64,000 nt of DNA from Dehalococcoidia bacterium (lineage in GTDB: Bacteria; Chloroflexota; Dehalococcoidia; Lucifugimonadales; JAGWBF01), in assembly GCA_965219565.1 (NCBI GenBank), contig OZ244780.1, forward strand, positions 2,476,256 to 2,540,255, given 5' to 3'. The position numbers were made by a program, and so were the translations under genes. The notes beneath the pieces were generated by a model that was not told the DNA's origin, did not search any database, and saw only the letters and a program-made list of their open reading frames with translations. Shown piece by piece: positions 45,301 through 54,842 of this stretch. How positions within the stretch are numbered: the first letter of the stretch is position 1; the number at the start of each line of letters is the position of its first letter.

Positions 45301-46344
45301 GTGACCAGCCCTCCCCTAAAATCGGAACGTTCCGAAATCGAGGACTCGCCAGAGGCAGTCCTCGATTTCGTATTGAATCAGGGTTGGGGAGACGGCCTCC
45401 CCGTGATTCCCCCCACTGAAGAACGAGTGCGGGCAATGGTGGAAGGCTCCGGCCTGCCCGCAGACCATCTCATTGGCAGCGTGGGGCCCGCCAAAGGCGA
45501 GGCCACCATCGAGAAGATTGCCGTGAACGCCGTCATGGCCGGATGCAAACCGGAGTACATGCCGGTTCTGACAGCCGCGATGGAAGCGGTATGCGAGTCC
45601 CAGTTCAACATCGACGGGGTGCAGAGCACGACCAATCCCTGTGGCGTCGGTATAGTGGTCAACGGCCCGATACGCAATACGCTGGACATCAACTGCTCCC
45701 GCAACTGCATGGGCCCGGGGTGGCAAGCAAACGCTACTATAGGCCGCGCCATGTCATTGATGTGGCTGAACATCGGCGGGGCCAAGCCCGGAGAGGTGGA
45801 CAAGGCCTCCCACGGCTATCCTGGCAAGTACACCTTGTGTTTCGGAGAGGACGAGGAGCACACGCCCTGGGAGCCGCTCCACGTCGAGCGAGGGTTCAAA
45901 GCCGAGGAGAACACGGTGACAATTAACTCCTTCAACGGCACCCTGAACATCATCGGGGCCACCTACACTGAGATAGACAGCATGCTCCATGTCATAGCCC
46001 ACGACTTCAGCCAAATGGGGAGCAACAACCTGCACCTTGGCAAGGGCAATCCGGGTCTGGTCCTGACAGCGGGCCATGCGCGCTGGGCGCATGAAGCCGG
46101 AATGTCCAAGTCCGACGTGAAGGAGTTCGTATACCGGAACAGCGGCTTCCCGGTTGAGAAGCTGAGGCCCATGATCCGGCGGAACCGGATTGACGCGGTG
46201 ATAGAAGACGGAGTCGTCCGGCAAGTGCGTAAGCCCGACGACATCATGATAGTGGTGGCGGGCGGTGTGGAACCCTACCACGCCGTGCTTATGCCGACCT
46301 TTGGCGACTCCTGGGCCGTCACTAAGCCCATCCGCGTTCCCTGA
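45301..46344 (+). CDS. uncharacterised conserved-looking protein, partner of the UGSC gene
   Basis: 347 aa, GTG start with a GAGG-type RBS. GWGDGLPVIPPTEERV, AVNAVMAGCKPEYMPV, several Cys (NPCG, INCSRNCMGPG). No family recognised. Confidence 0.6.
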   Translation: MTSPPLKSERSEIEDSPEAVLDFVLNQGWGDGLPVIPPTEERVRAMVEGSGLPADHLIGSVGPAKGEATIEKIAVNAVMAGCKPEYMPVLTAAMEAVCESQFNIDGVQSTTNPCGVGIVVNGPIRNTLDINCSRNCMGPGWQANATIGRAMSLMWLNIGGAKPGEVDKASHGYPGKYTLCFGEDEEHTPWEPLHVERGFKAEENTVTINSFNGTLNIIGATYTEIDSMLHVIAHDFSQMGSNNLHLGKGNPGLVLTAGHARWAHEAGMSKSDVKEFVYRNSGFPVEKLRPMIRRNRIDAVIEDGVVRQVRKPDDIMIVVAGGVEPYHAVLMPTFGDSWAVTKPIRVP

Positions 46345-46350
46345 GCAGAG

Positions 46351-47493
46351 CTATTTGACGGGCTTGGCCCACTCTGGTATCTGTTTGGTGGGAAGCTGGA
46401 CTGTCGCCGTGCCCTTGGTGGTCATTTCCTTGCGCTGGTTCTCACCGATGAACTCTATGTCCACCAGCCGATCCTCACCCTCAACGCGTTTGTCAGTGAC
46501 TTTCCCGCGGAGCCAGGTCGTGTCCCCTACCATGTTGAAGCGGCGGAGCTCCACGTACATTTTCTTCAGAAACCCGTCGTCGCCCATCCAATTGGTGAAG
46601 AGGTTCCCAACCCAGGAACAGCGCTGGCAGCCGTAGTCGTAGGCTCCGGGAAGGCCTGCGCTGGTGGCCGCCTCCTCGATGTCATGGACGCGCACGATGG
46701 CTTCCTGGGCGCCGGTGTTGGGGTCACGAAAGCCCCATGAAGGATGACGCCGAACTTCCTTTAGTTGAAGGCCGTGGGCCAGTCCGCCGATGCAGCCTGC
46801 CACAAAGGCGGTGATGTCTCCGTGGCTCAGGGGTCCCTTGACCACCGGGCCAATTTCGTCGCCCACGTTCACGTCGTCCCACCACCTGGGGTTGGCGCCC
46901 CTGATTTCCTCGTTGAGGACTGCATCCTCTATCTCATCGATTTCGTCCCTTGTGTATGCGTAGGGCTGAAAGTCGTACTTCCTGTTCTCCCGGGCGGCGG
47001 TGCGTTCGGCCCTAAAGTTCCAACCGCGGGTGCGGGCAATGACCTCGCCGCGCTGGTTATAGTAGTGGCAGGTGGAGGACTGCTTGATGGTCTTTCCGGC
47101 GAACCTGCTGGGCATCTCCTCCAAGTCCGAGAACTGCTCCTTCACGGAGATGCGGTCGTCCATGTGTATGGGGCGGAACCACTCCCAATCGGAGCCCGAG
47201 TGGAAGGCATGGACCCCAGGAAGTCCTCCGGTGCGGCCTGAGCACCAGTAGACGCTGTACAAGAAGCAGGGGGGAGCTATGATGGTCCCATACTTTGTCT
47301 GGCGGGCGTACGATTCGTCCTGATATAGGGGATTCGGGTCGCCTATGCCCTGGCAGAAATGACGAATGGCGTCACGCGATGCAAACTCGTTGAAGAGTCC
47401 TACACCGTATTGCCTGGGCCTGTTGAAAGCGCCCAGTCTGTCCCTCAGGCGTTGCAGCCCCTCTTCCGTTATCTTTCCAGCTTCCAGCACCAT
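46351..47493 (-). CDS. double hot-dog (MaoC / FAS1-dehydratase-like) acyl dehydratase
   Basis: 380 aa. N-terminal IRHFCQGIGDPNPLY and a second hot-dog half ending in a beta-sheet-rich region. First gene of a CoA-transferase operon. Confidence 0.6.
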   Translation of the reverse strand: MVLEAGKITEEGLQRLRDRLGAFNRPRQYGVGLFNEFASRDAIRHFCQGIGDPNPLYQDESYARQTKYGTIIAPPCFLYSVYWCSGRTGGLPGVHAFHSGSDWEWFRPIHMDDRISVKEQFSDLEEMPSRFAGKTIKQSSTCHYYNQRGEVIARTRGWNFRAERTAARENRKYDFQPYAYTRDEIDEIEDAVLNEEIRGANPRWWDDVNVGDEIGPVVKGPLSHGDITAFVAGCIGGLAHGLQLKEVRRHPSWGFRDPNTGAQEAIVRVHDIEEAATSAGLPGAYDYGCQRCSWVGNLFTNWMGDDGFLKKMYVELRRFNMVGDTTWLRGKVTDKRVEGEDRLVDIEFIGENQRKEMTTKGTATVQLPTKQIPEWAKPVK

Positions 47494-47585
47494 GAAACAA
47501 AACCTCCTGGGTTTATGGGTACCTTTACACGGGAGCTAGGTCCGGCGAACCCTATGGTAACGGTTCCCGGCCAACTTAGACAACC

Positions 47586-48821
47586 TCAGTGGACAGCGCC
47601 GCTCTCCACAAGCAGCTTCAAACTGGGAGCTGGTACGCCCAGGAGTTCCCCGAAAATGTACTCGTTGTGTTCTCCGAGCAACGGAGCCGGACGCCGCACC
47701 TTGGCTTCGGCGCCGCTCATCACCCAGGGTTGCCCGTAGAGCCATTCGGCCCCGATGTGGGGATGTTCAGTCTCCAGAAACGCATTTCGTTGGTGGAAGT
47801 GCTCCTCCTGGAACTGGTCGCCTATGTGCATTACGGTCATCGCCGCCACTCCGGCGCCTTGCAGAAGTTCGGTCACTTCCTCAGGACTTCTTTGAGAGGT
47901 CCAAGCCGCCACGTGTTTGTCCAACTCCGCTCGGTTAACGTGACGCAAGTAACGGTCTCCGAACCGGGAGTCCTTGGTCCAGTCCGGGAAGCCCAAGGCT
48001 TCACAGAAGGCCAGCCACTCCTCCTGTGTCCGCACGGCTATGGACACCCACCTGTCGTCGCCCGCGCAGGGGTAATTATTGTGAGGGCCAAACTCAGGGT
48101 CAACGTTGCCCATGGGTTCCGAGACCCTTCCGTTCATCGAAAAACCCAGCAGGCTCTCGCCCATCATGGCCGTGGACGCCTCTAACTGGGCCACCTCCAC
48201 GTACTGGCCTTGGCCGGTGCGGTTCCGGTGGCGCAGGGCGGCGGCGGCGGCCAGCGCCGCGTGCAGCGACGCCACTGCATCGCACCACGCCGACTGGATT
48301 TCACCCACCAGAGGCTCGTCGGGATACCCCACCAGGCTCATCATGCCAGAGAGGGCTTGGACGATGGGGGCGTAAGCCAGAATGTCCCTTTCGGGACCCG
48401 TCTCCCCCGCCGCGGGCATGGAGACGACGATGATGTCGGGCCGCAAGGCCTTAAGCGCCTCGTATCCCAGCCCAAGCCGGTCCATGACTCCGGGAGAGAA
48501 GTTGTGCATCACTACGTCGCTCTGGGCAATCAGATCCTTCACGAGGGCCAGGCCGTCGGGTTCCTTCAGGTTGACCGTGACGCACATTTTATTGCGGTTG
48601 AGGCTGTGGTACAGAGGCTGAAGCTCCGGCCAAAGTCCCCGGTCTCCCCCGGCAAAGTCCTCACCCACCAAGGGTCTGCCCAGGCGAAGCCCGTCCATTC
48701 GGACGCGGCTCTCGACCTTTATCACCTCGGCGCCCATGTCTCCCAGCAATTGAGCGCCCATAGGCCCCGCCCATGCAGTGCCGAAGTCCACAACTCTGTA
48801 TCGTTCCAGGGGCAGAGCCAT
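47586..48821 (-). CDS. CaiB/BaiF family III CoA-transferase
   Basis: 411 aa. YRVVDFGTAWAGPMGAQLLGDMGAEVIKVE and family III architecture. Confidence 0.85.
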   Translation of the reverse strand: MALPLERYRVVDFGTAWAGPMGAQLLGDMGAEVIKVESRVRMDGLRLGRPLVGEDFAGGDRGLWPELQPLYHSLNRNKMCVTVNLKEPDGLALVKDLIAQSDVVMHNFSPGVMDRLGLGYEALKALRPDIIVVSMPAAGETGPERDILAYAPIVQALSGMMSLVGYPDEPLVGEIQSAWCDAVASLHAALAAAAALRHRNRTGQGQYVEVAQLEASTAMMGESLLGFSMNGRVSEPMGNVDPEFGPHNNYPCAGDDRWVSIAVRTQEEWLAFCEALGFPDWTKDSRFGDRYLRHVNRAELDKHVAAWTSQRSPEEVTELLQGAGVAAMTVMHIGDQFQEEHFHQRNAFLETEHPHIGAEWLYGQPWVMSGAEAKVRRPAPLLGEHNEYIFGELLGVPAPSLKLLVESGAVH

Positions 48822-48823
48822 CG

Positions 48824-50083
48824 CTATATGATTCCCGTCCTTCTCATCAGCGTCAGGTCTTCCGGACTATGCCCCAACTGGCCGCATATAATCTCCCGGT
48901 TGTGCTGGCCCAGGGTCGGGGCGGGTCTGACCAGCTTCCAGGGAGTTTCCTGGAAGCGGATTGGAGCGCCGGGGTACCTCAACGTGCCGGCCTTAGGGTG
49001 GTCCAACTCATGGAAGAACTCCCTCTCGTTCATGTGCTCGCTGTTCATCACGTCGTCTATGGTGCGGACAGGCACACAGGGCACCCGATTTTCCATGCAC
49101 ATCTCCATGATTTCCGCCTTGGTGTGCTCCATGAACCAGGGCGTAATCAAGGCTTCAGCCTCCTCCGGGTACTCCTCCGTCATGGCCCGCCGGTTACGAA
49201 ATTTGGGGTCCTCTGTCCATTCCGGGTCGCCGATCATGTGGAGAAATCGCTGGTACTGCTCCATCTGGGGACAGTCGATGCAGACGTAGCCGTCTTTGCA
49301 GGGGAGCACACAGTTGGGGAAAAGCCCCAGCCGCATCCGATTCCCCGAGCGCCATCCGGCTATCCCCCGGTATATGTATGTGGGCAGATGGTAGCCGGTG
49401 AGTATTACGGCAATCACCTGGGACTCGGACACGTCCACAAGCTGGCCCTCACCGCTGATGTCTCGTCCTACAAGTGCGATAGTGGTGGCCAAGGCTGCGG
49501 TTACGCCCGCCATGAAGCTGGCCTGGTAGGCGGGTGTCGTCAGAGGCTCTCTATGGGGATGACCGTTCCCAAAACTGAAGCCTCCCGCTGCGTTAGCGGT
49601 CAGGTCGCATCCCTTGTAGTCCTTGTAAGGGCCGGTCCGGCCATAGGGGGTAATGGAGGTGACTATCAGCCGGGGGACCTCTTGCTTAAGGGTCTCGTAC
49701 TCCAGACCCAACTCGCGGGTTTCGCTGACGGGCCGGTTCTCTACGAATACGTCCGCCCATCGGAGGAGGTCCAGAAGAATTCCCCCGCCGGCCGGATTTC
49801 CGGGGTCGAGACTTATCCCACGCTTGTTGGAATTCAAGAACAGGAACAGCCCGCTCCGCTCACGATCGGGGACGTCTCCGGGGAAGGGGCCGTGGATCCT
49901 GGCCTCGTCGCCGTAGAACGGCGGCTCCACCTTGATCACGTCCGCCCCCATGTCGGCCATCATCTTGGAGCAGTACGGCCCTGAAATGGAGCTGCCCCAT
50001 TCTACGACCCGTACCCCGTCCAGCGGACCTGATGGACCGGTCTTGTCGCCCACCACTGTCCTAACCTTCCTCAGCCACGCCAC
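48824..50083 (-). CDS. CaiB/BaiF family III CoA-transferase
   Basis: 419 aa. LDGVRVVEWGSSISGPYCSKMMADMGADVIKVEPP. Its stop is 2 nt before the next paralog start. Confidence 0.85.
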   Translation of the reverse strand: MAWLRKVRTVVGDKTGPSGPLDGVRVVEWGSSISGPYCSKMMADMGADVIKVEPPFYGDEARIHGPFPGDVPDRERSGLFLFLNSNKRGISLDPGNPAGGGILLDLLRWADVFVENRPVSETRELGLEYETLKQEVPRLIVTSITPYGRTGPYKDYKGCDLTANAAGGFSFGNGHPHREPLTTPAYQASFMAGVTAALATTIALVGRDISGEGQLVDVSESQVIAVILTGYHLPTYIYRGIAGWRSGNRMRLGLFPNCVLPCKDGYVCIDCPQMEQYQRFLHMIGDPEWTEDPKFRNRRAMTEEYPEEAEALITPWFMEHTKAEIMEMCMENRVPCVPVRTIDDVMNSEHMNEREFFHELDHPKAGTLRYPGAPIRFQETPWKLVRPAPTLGQHNREIICGQLGHSPEDLTLMRRTGII

Positions 50084-51068
50084 TTAGGTTGGGAATGACC
50101 TCCCGGCCGAAGAGCTCGATGCACTTCACACTGTCCTCCGGGTCCATGCCTAGGTAGTAGACCCTGAAGAACATGTACTCAGCGCCGAACTCGTCTCTAT
50201 ACTGCTGGATTTGCTCCGTCACGTCGTCCGGGTCTCCGACGATAATGCGCTCTCCCTTGAGCTGGGCGAAATCCAGGTCGTACCTCTCTCCGGGCTGGCC
50301 TGCCTTGTGGTAGACCTGATAGAGCCTTTCAAAGGAATCTCGTATGGTCCGCTCGGCGGCCTCACGGCTGTCGCTGACGAACATTTCTCTAAAGAATACT
50401 GGTGGGGGCGCTGGAAGCCCCAACCCTTCCCTACACGTCTTATACGCCTCCAGCGCCTCCCGTAAGAAGACCTTGGAGTGTCTTGGACTGGTGAGCCATG
50501 CATCTCCCGCCTCAGCCGCGCGCCGGACTCCCCGCAAGGTGTCTCCGCCAACCCAGATCGGCGGTCCCGGCTGCTGCACTGGCTTCGGAGCAATGCTCAC
50601 GTCTTTAATCCGAAAGAACTCTCCATCCCAAGTGACCCGGTCCTGGGACCACAGCTTCCTGATGACCCGTATGGACTCCTCCAGACGCATTCCACGGCAC
50701 GCCTTGGGGATTCCAAAGGAGTCGAACTCCTCGTCTCTGTAACCCTGGCCGACTCCGAACACGAATCGGCCCCCAGTGATGACATCCAGATTCGCCGCCA
50801 GCTCTGCGGCTTCAACCGGGTTGTGGAGGCTCAGCAGGTACACTGCCGTGCCCATCGTCATTCCCTCGGCTTCGGCGGCCAGCCTCGCCAGTAAAGGGAC
50901 CGGTTGGAACATGCCCTCGTTCGGTCCCGTCACGTAGTGATGGGAGGCGAATATGCCGTCAAATCCCGATTCCCGCGCAGCCCTCGTCTGCTTTATTGCA
51001 TACCTGAAGGCTTCACTGCCCCCCATGTCGGCGGGGTAATGGGGGTAGAGGTCTATCCCGAATTTCAA
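50061..51068 (-). CDS. luciferase-like (LLM class) flavin-dependent oxidoreductase
   Basis: 335 aa. MKFGIDLYP, FDGIFASHH, RFVFGVGQGY. Confidence 0.8.
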   Translation of the reverse strand: MKFGIDLYPHYPADMGGSEAFRYAIKQTRAARESGFDGIFASHHYVTGPNEGMFQPVPLLARLAAEAEGMTMGTAVYLLSLHNPVEAAELAANLDVITGGRFVFGVGQGYRDEEFDSFGIPKACRGMRLEESIRVIRKLWSQDRVTWDGEFFRIKDVSIAPKPVQQPGPPIWVGGDTLRGVRRAAEAGDAWLTSPRHSKVFLREALEAYKTCREGLGLPAPPPVFFREMFVSDSREAAERTIRDSFERLYQVYHKAGQPGERYDLDFAQLKGERIIVGDPDDVTEQIQQYRDEFGAEYMFFRVYYLGMDPEDSVKCIELFGREVIPNLSGVAEEG

Positions 51069-51207
51069 GCAAACCTCATAGGCCGGGGACCCGTTCGAAA
51101 GCCCGTCTAATCTACCTTAGCAGCAGCCGTTAGTCAACGGAAATTTCGGCTCATGCTAAAATGTCACAAAACCTTCATATCGCCATTTTTTGCTTTGGAG
51201 GAAAGTC

Positions 51208-52380
51208 ATGACTCAACAGGAAACTTACGACCTGCTCATCAAGGGCGGAACACTCATGGACCCGGCCCAGGGCGTCAATGACCGACGTGACATCGCCGTC
51301 AAGGACGGCAGGGTGGCCCAAGTTGCCGAAAGGATCGATCCCACAACCGCAACCGAAGTCCTGGACGTTGCGGGCAAGGTCGTGACTCCCGGTTTGATAG
51401 ACCTGCACGGGCACTTCTACCACGGGGGCAATCCAACAGCCTGCGACGCCAACTACTGCGCCCTGGAGGCCGGATGCACCACCGGCGTGGATGCCGGCTC
51501 GGCGGGTTGGGCAAACTACCGGGCCATGAAGGACTACATATTCCCCACGAAGGACGTCCGCCTTCTCGCCTTCATCCACATCGGGGCCACCGGCATTCTT
51601 CTGAACGGCGTCGTTGGCGGTGAGCTCCAGGACATCCGCCACGCCAATGTAGAGCGCACCGTAGACGCGATAAAGGCGGAACCTGATTTCTTCCTGGGAG
51701 TAAAAGTGCGGATGCAGCGAGACGCCGTAGCGCACTGGGACGCCCGCACGGCGCTCCACCGAGCCAGGGAAGCCGCCGACAAAGCGGGCGTGAAGCTGAT
51801 GGTGCATGTCAGCGGCACACCAATACCATTGCCGGAAATCCTGGACGTGTTGGGGCCAGGCGACATAGCCACCCACGCCTACAACGGCCATCCTGAAAAC
51901 ATGCTGGGCAAGAACGACCGTGTACGGCCAGAGGTCAGGGCCGCGGCCGAGCGGGGAGTTGTGATGGACGTGGGCCATGCGGGAGTCCATTGCGACGTGG
52001 AGATAAGCAAAGCCGCCATCGCCGAGGGCTTTTACCCCACCTCCATCAGCACTGACATCCACAACCCTCCGCCGGAACGGGTGGTCTATGGGATGAGCGA
52101 CCTAATCAGCAAGTTCCACGCCATGGGTCAACCCTTGGGAGACGCCGTCGCCGCCAGCACGTCGCGTCCCGCCAAAGTCCTGGGCATGGACCAGGAAATC
52201 GGGACCTTGGCCGAGGGAGCAATAGCCGACATAGCCATATTCGACCTGCAGGAGGGAACCCACGTCTGGCAGGACATGGCGGGCCATACCGTGTCCGGGA
52301 ACCTGAGGTTGGCAACTTTCGCCACTCTGAAGGACGGGGCAGTCGTGTGGCTGGAAGGGAATTATCTAGGCCGTTCCTAG
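51208..52380 (+). CDS. amidohydrolase-superfamily metallohydrolase (dihydroorotase/deacetylase-like)
   Basis: YDLLIKGGTLMDP, GLIDLHGHF metal motif. GGAGGA RBS at 51197-51202 supports the ATG at 51208. Confidence 0.75.
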   Translation: MTQQETYDLLIKGGTLMDPAQGVNDRRDIAVKDGRVAQVAERIDPTTATEVLDVAGKVVTPGLIDLHGHFYHGGNPTACDANYCALEAGCTTGVDAGSAGWANYRAMKDYIFPTKDVRLLAFIHIGATGILLNGVVGGELQDIRHANVERTVDAIKAEPDFFLGVKVRMQRDAVAHWDARTALHRAREAADKAGVKLMVHVSGTPIPLPEILDVLGPGDIATHAYNGHPENMLGKNDRVRPEVRAAAERGVVMDVGHAGVHCDVEISKAAIAEGFYPTSISTDIHNPPPERVVYGMSDLISKFHAMGQPLGDAVAASTSRPAKVLGMDQEIGTLAEGAIADIAIFDLQEGTHVWQDMAGHTVSGNLRLATFATLKDGAVVWLEGNYLGRS

Positions 52381-53501
52381 GACAACGGCTGCTCCAAGAG
52401 GCGCCGCCGCATCTCCGCCGGGACCTCCCTGAAGCGGCGCCAAGGAGGAGCGTCCGTTCTGGCGCCCACAGACCTGGCCGCCTCGACAGCCATAAGGACT
52501 CCGCCGACAAAGTCGTCGATGTGGATATGCTCCGCCTGTACTGAGCCGTCGGGGGCGGCATTGTGGTAGTTGCCCAACGGAAACGCTATGCCGGTTGACC
52601 TGTAGCCGTAGAACCTGAAGCCGCTGGCCTCACAAGTGCCGCCGCTCATCAGTTGCCGCTGGGCCTTGAATCCCGAATCTCTTTGGGACAGTTCCTCCCT
52701 GGCCTTTAGCAAAACACTCTCGGCCTCGGCGTCGAACGTAAAGCTGGCGTCCCCCACCCTGATTACCGGCCCCTCACCGATAGCGGCCCCCGGCAATGTC
52801 CGGCTGGCCTCTAAAGAGACCACCAAAGTCTCCCTGGGAAGGGTCCCGTCCTCGGCTAGGAGTCTGGCTCCCACCAGACCTACCTCTTCCGCCCTGGTGA
52901 AGACGCCGTACACCTCTCCGCAAGCTTCCACGTCCTTCATCTGCTCCAAAGCAACCAGGATGGCGGCGCATCCAGCAAGGTCGTCCAGAGCCCTCATGTG
53001 CACAAGGTCACCGTCAAAGTCGAAGTCAGTGAGGTCGAACACTATGGGCAGCGGACACTGCAGATCGGCGGCTGTCTCTAATTCGACGTTGATAAGACGG
53101 TCGTCGTCGGTTCCATGCTTTCCGCCTGTGATGCCTTTAACCCGTGTGCCGTCCTGGAGGACTGCCTGCACCGGGACGCGGTCAGTCAGGGAAACGGCGG
53201 GGACGCCCCCAAGGGGCGCTGCCACGACCGTGGCGCCGTCAATCTCCAGCGCCTCGAACCCCGGATGGTCCATGTGGGCCATGAATGCTATGGGAGGGTC
53301 CTCCGACGGAGCTCCCATATGGACGATCAAGTTCCCATGCCGATCGGACTCTATCCCAAGGCCCATGCCCTCCACGGTCTTGCGAATGAAAGAAGCGACC
53401 AGCCCTTCCTGGTACGCGACGGCGGGACAGGCTCCCAGACCGGCCAACACTTCCAGAGACCTGCTCCGAATACGTTCAGAGTCATTGCGCCATTGCGTCA
53501 T
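52377..53501 (-). CDS. M42-type (FrvX-like) metallopeptidase
   Basis: 374 aa. AFMAHMDHPGF, ALDDLAGC, TRAEEVGLVGA. Confidence 0.6.
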   Translation of the reverse strand: MTQWRNDSERIRSRSLEVLAGLGACPAVAYQEGLVASFIRKTVEGMGLGIESDRHGNLIVHMGAPSEDPPIAFMAHMDHPGFEALEIDGATVVAAPLGGVPAVSLTDRVPVQAVLQDGTRVKGITGGKHGTDDDRLINVELETAADLQCPLPIVFDLTDFDFDGDLVHMRALDDLAGCAAILVALEQMKDVEACGEVYGVFTRAEEVGLVGARLLAEDGTLPRETLVVSLEASRTLPGAAIGEGPVIRVGDASFTFDAEAESVLLKAREELSQRDSGFKAQRQLMSGGTCEASGFRFYGYRSTGIAFPLGNYHNAAPDGSVQAEHIHIDDFVGGVLMAVEAARSVGARTDAPPWRRFREVPAEMRRRLLEQPLS

Positions 53502-53599
53502 CGCGTTTCCTCTTTCCCAGCCGCTCCGATGGGATTATAATCCCATAACATTGTAACCCAGCCGGGCTAACCCATGTCGGGCGTATAAGGAGGCATCCA

Positions 53600-54706
53600 A
53601 TGGCAGACAGAGGCAGAGTCATCGTACACGTTGAGCATGGCAAACCCTTCGAGATTCGGGAGTACGAACTCCCGGACCCCGAACCCGGAGCAATCATCGT
53701 CAAAATCGAACAGGCCGGCATCTGCGGCTCCGATCTGCATACCTGGAGGGGCGACCAGGTAAACATTCCCATCCCTCCCGGGGGCCGCGTCATGGGCCAC
53801 GAGGGGACGGGCGTCGTCTACAAGATGGGCGCCGGAGTCACCACCGACAGCGGCGGAACTCCCATCAAGGAAGGCGACCGGCTGATGCACGTCCACGTCT
53901 TCCCATGCTACAGCTGCCACATGTGCAACAGGGGCGCGACCAACTGGTGCGTAAACCGCCAGTACCCCGAGGGTGGGATATGGCCCTACTTCACGGGGAC
54001 CTATTGTGACTGGATTTACCTTCCGCCCCGCCACCCGGCTTTCAAGGTGCCCGACGAGCTTCCCGACGACATCCTGGGTTATGTCAACTGCGCCATGGGC
54101 ACCGTCACCGAAGGGCTGATGCGGGCCTCCGCCCATGAAGGAGACTCGGTGGTCATAATGGGTGCAGGCGGCCTGGGCCTCAACGCAATAGCAATGGCCA
54201 GGGACATGGGCGCCGACAGAATCATAGCCCTGGACAGGCTGGAGAACCGCCTCAAGCTGGCGGAAGACTTCGGGGCCGACTACACCATCAACATCGAGGA
54301 GTACAACACGCCGGAGACACGGGTGCAGCGGGTCTGGGAGTTGACCCGGAACCGTGGCGCCGACATCGTCATGGAGCTGGTGGGCAGGGCCGAACTGCTG
54401 GTTGAGGGAATCGACATGCTCAGCAACGGCGGCACATTCGTCGAAATCGGAGACATCGTCCCCGGACCCACGGCGGCCATCGACCCATCCAAGATGCTGA
54501 GGGGCAAGAACATCGTGGGATCGTCCATGTACCGGCCGGACACCCTGGCCAGGCTGCTGGACTACCTGGTGAAGAACCGGGACAAGATTCCATTCCACAA
54601 AATCGTGTCCCACAAGTTCACATTCGACGAAATTAACGACGCCTTCCCGAAAGCCGAGTGGCAGCAGCGCCAGACGGACATCTCCAGAGCGATGTTGGTC
54701 CCCTAG
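53600..54706 (+). CDS. zinc-dependent alcohol dehydrogenase (MDR) family
   Basis: 368 aa. GICGSDLH, GHEGTGVV, structural-zinc Cys cluster CYSCHMCNRGATNWC, Rossmann IMGAGGLG. Confidence 0.85.
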   Translation: MADRGRVIVHVEHGKPFEIREYELPDPEPGAIIVKIEQAGICGSDLHTWRGDQVNIPIPPGGRVMGHEGTGVVYKMGAGVTTDSGGTPIKEGDRLMHVHVFPCYSCHMCNRGATNWCVNRQYPEGGIWPYFTGTYCDWIYLPPRHPAFKVPDELPDDILGYVNCAMGTVTEGLMRASAHEGDSVVIMGAGGLGLNAIAMARDMGADRIIALDRLENRLKLAEDFGADYTINIEEYNTPETRVQRVWELTRNRGADIVMELVGRAELLVEGIDMLSNGGTFVEIGDIVPGPTAAIDPSKMLRGKNIVGSSMYRPDTLARLLDYLVKNRDKIPFHKIVSHKFTFDEINDAFPKAEWQQRQTDISRAMLVP

Positions 54707-54726
54707 GCAACCTTTGCGCAAATCCC

Positions 54727-54805
54727 CCCTCTCCCTCTGGGAGAGGGTTGGGGTGAGGGCCGCTCTGCCTCTTCCCCATTGAGGGGGAAGATTGAGATGG
54801 GGGTG
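54727..54805. repeat. hairpin repeat, copy C (type-1 unit plus type-3 unit, both forward)
   Basis: CCCTCTCCC-TCT-GGGAGAGGG + TTGGGGTGAGGGC (54727-54760). CTTCCCC-ATTGAG-GGGGAAG + ATTGAGATGGGGGTG (54771-54805). Confidence 0.8.
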
Positions 54806-54842
54806 AACGGGAGCGGCGCCTTGGCTCAGGGCTGCCCTAAAC

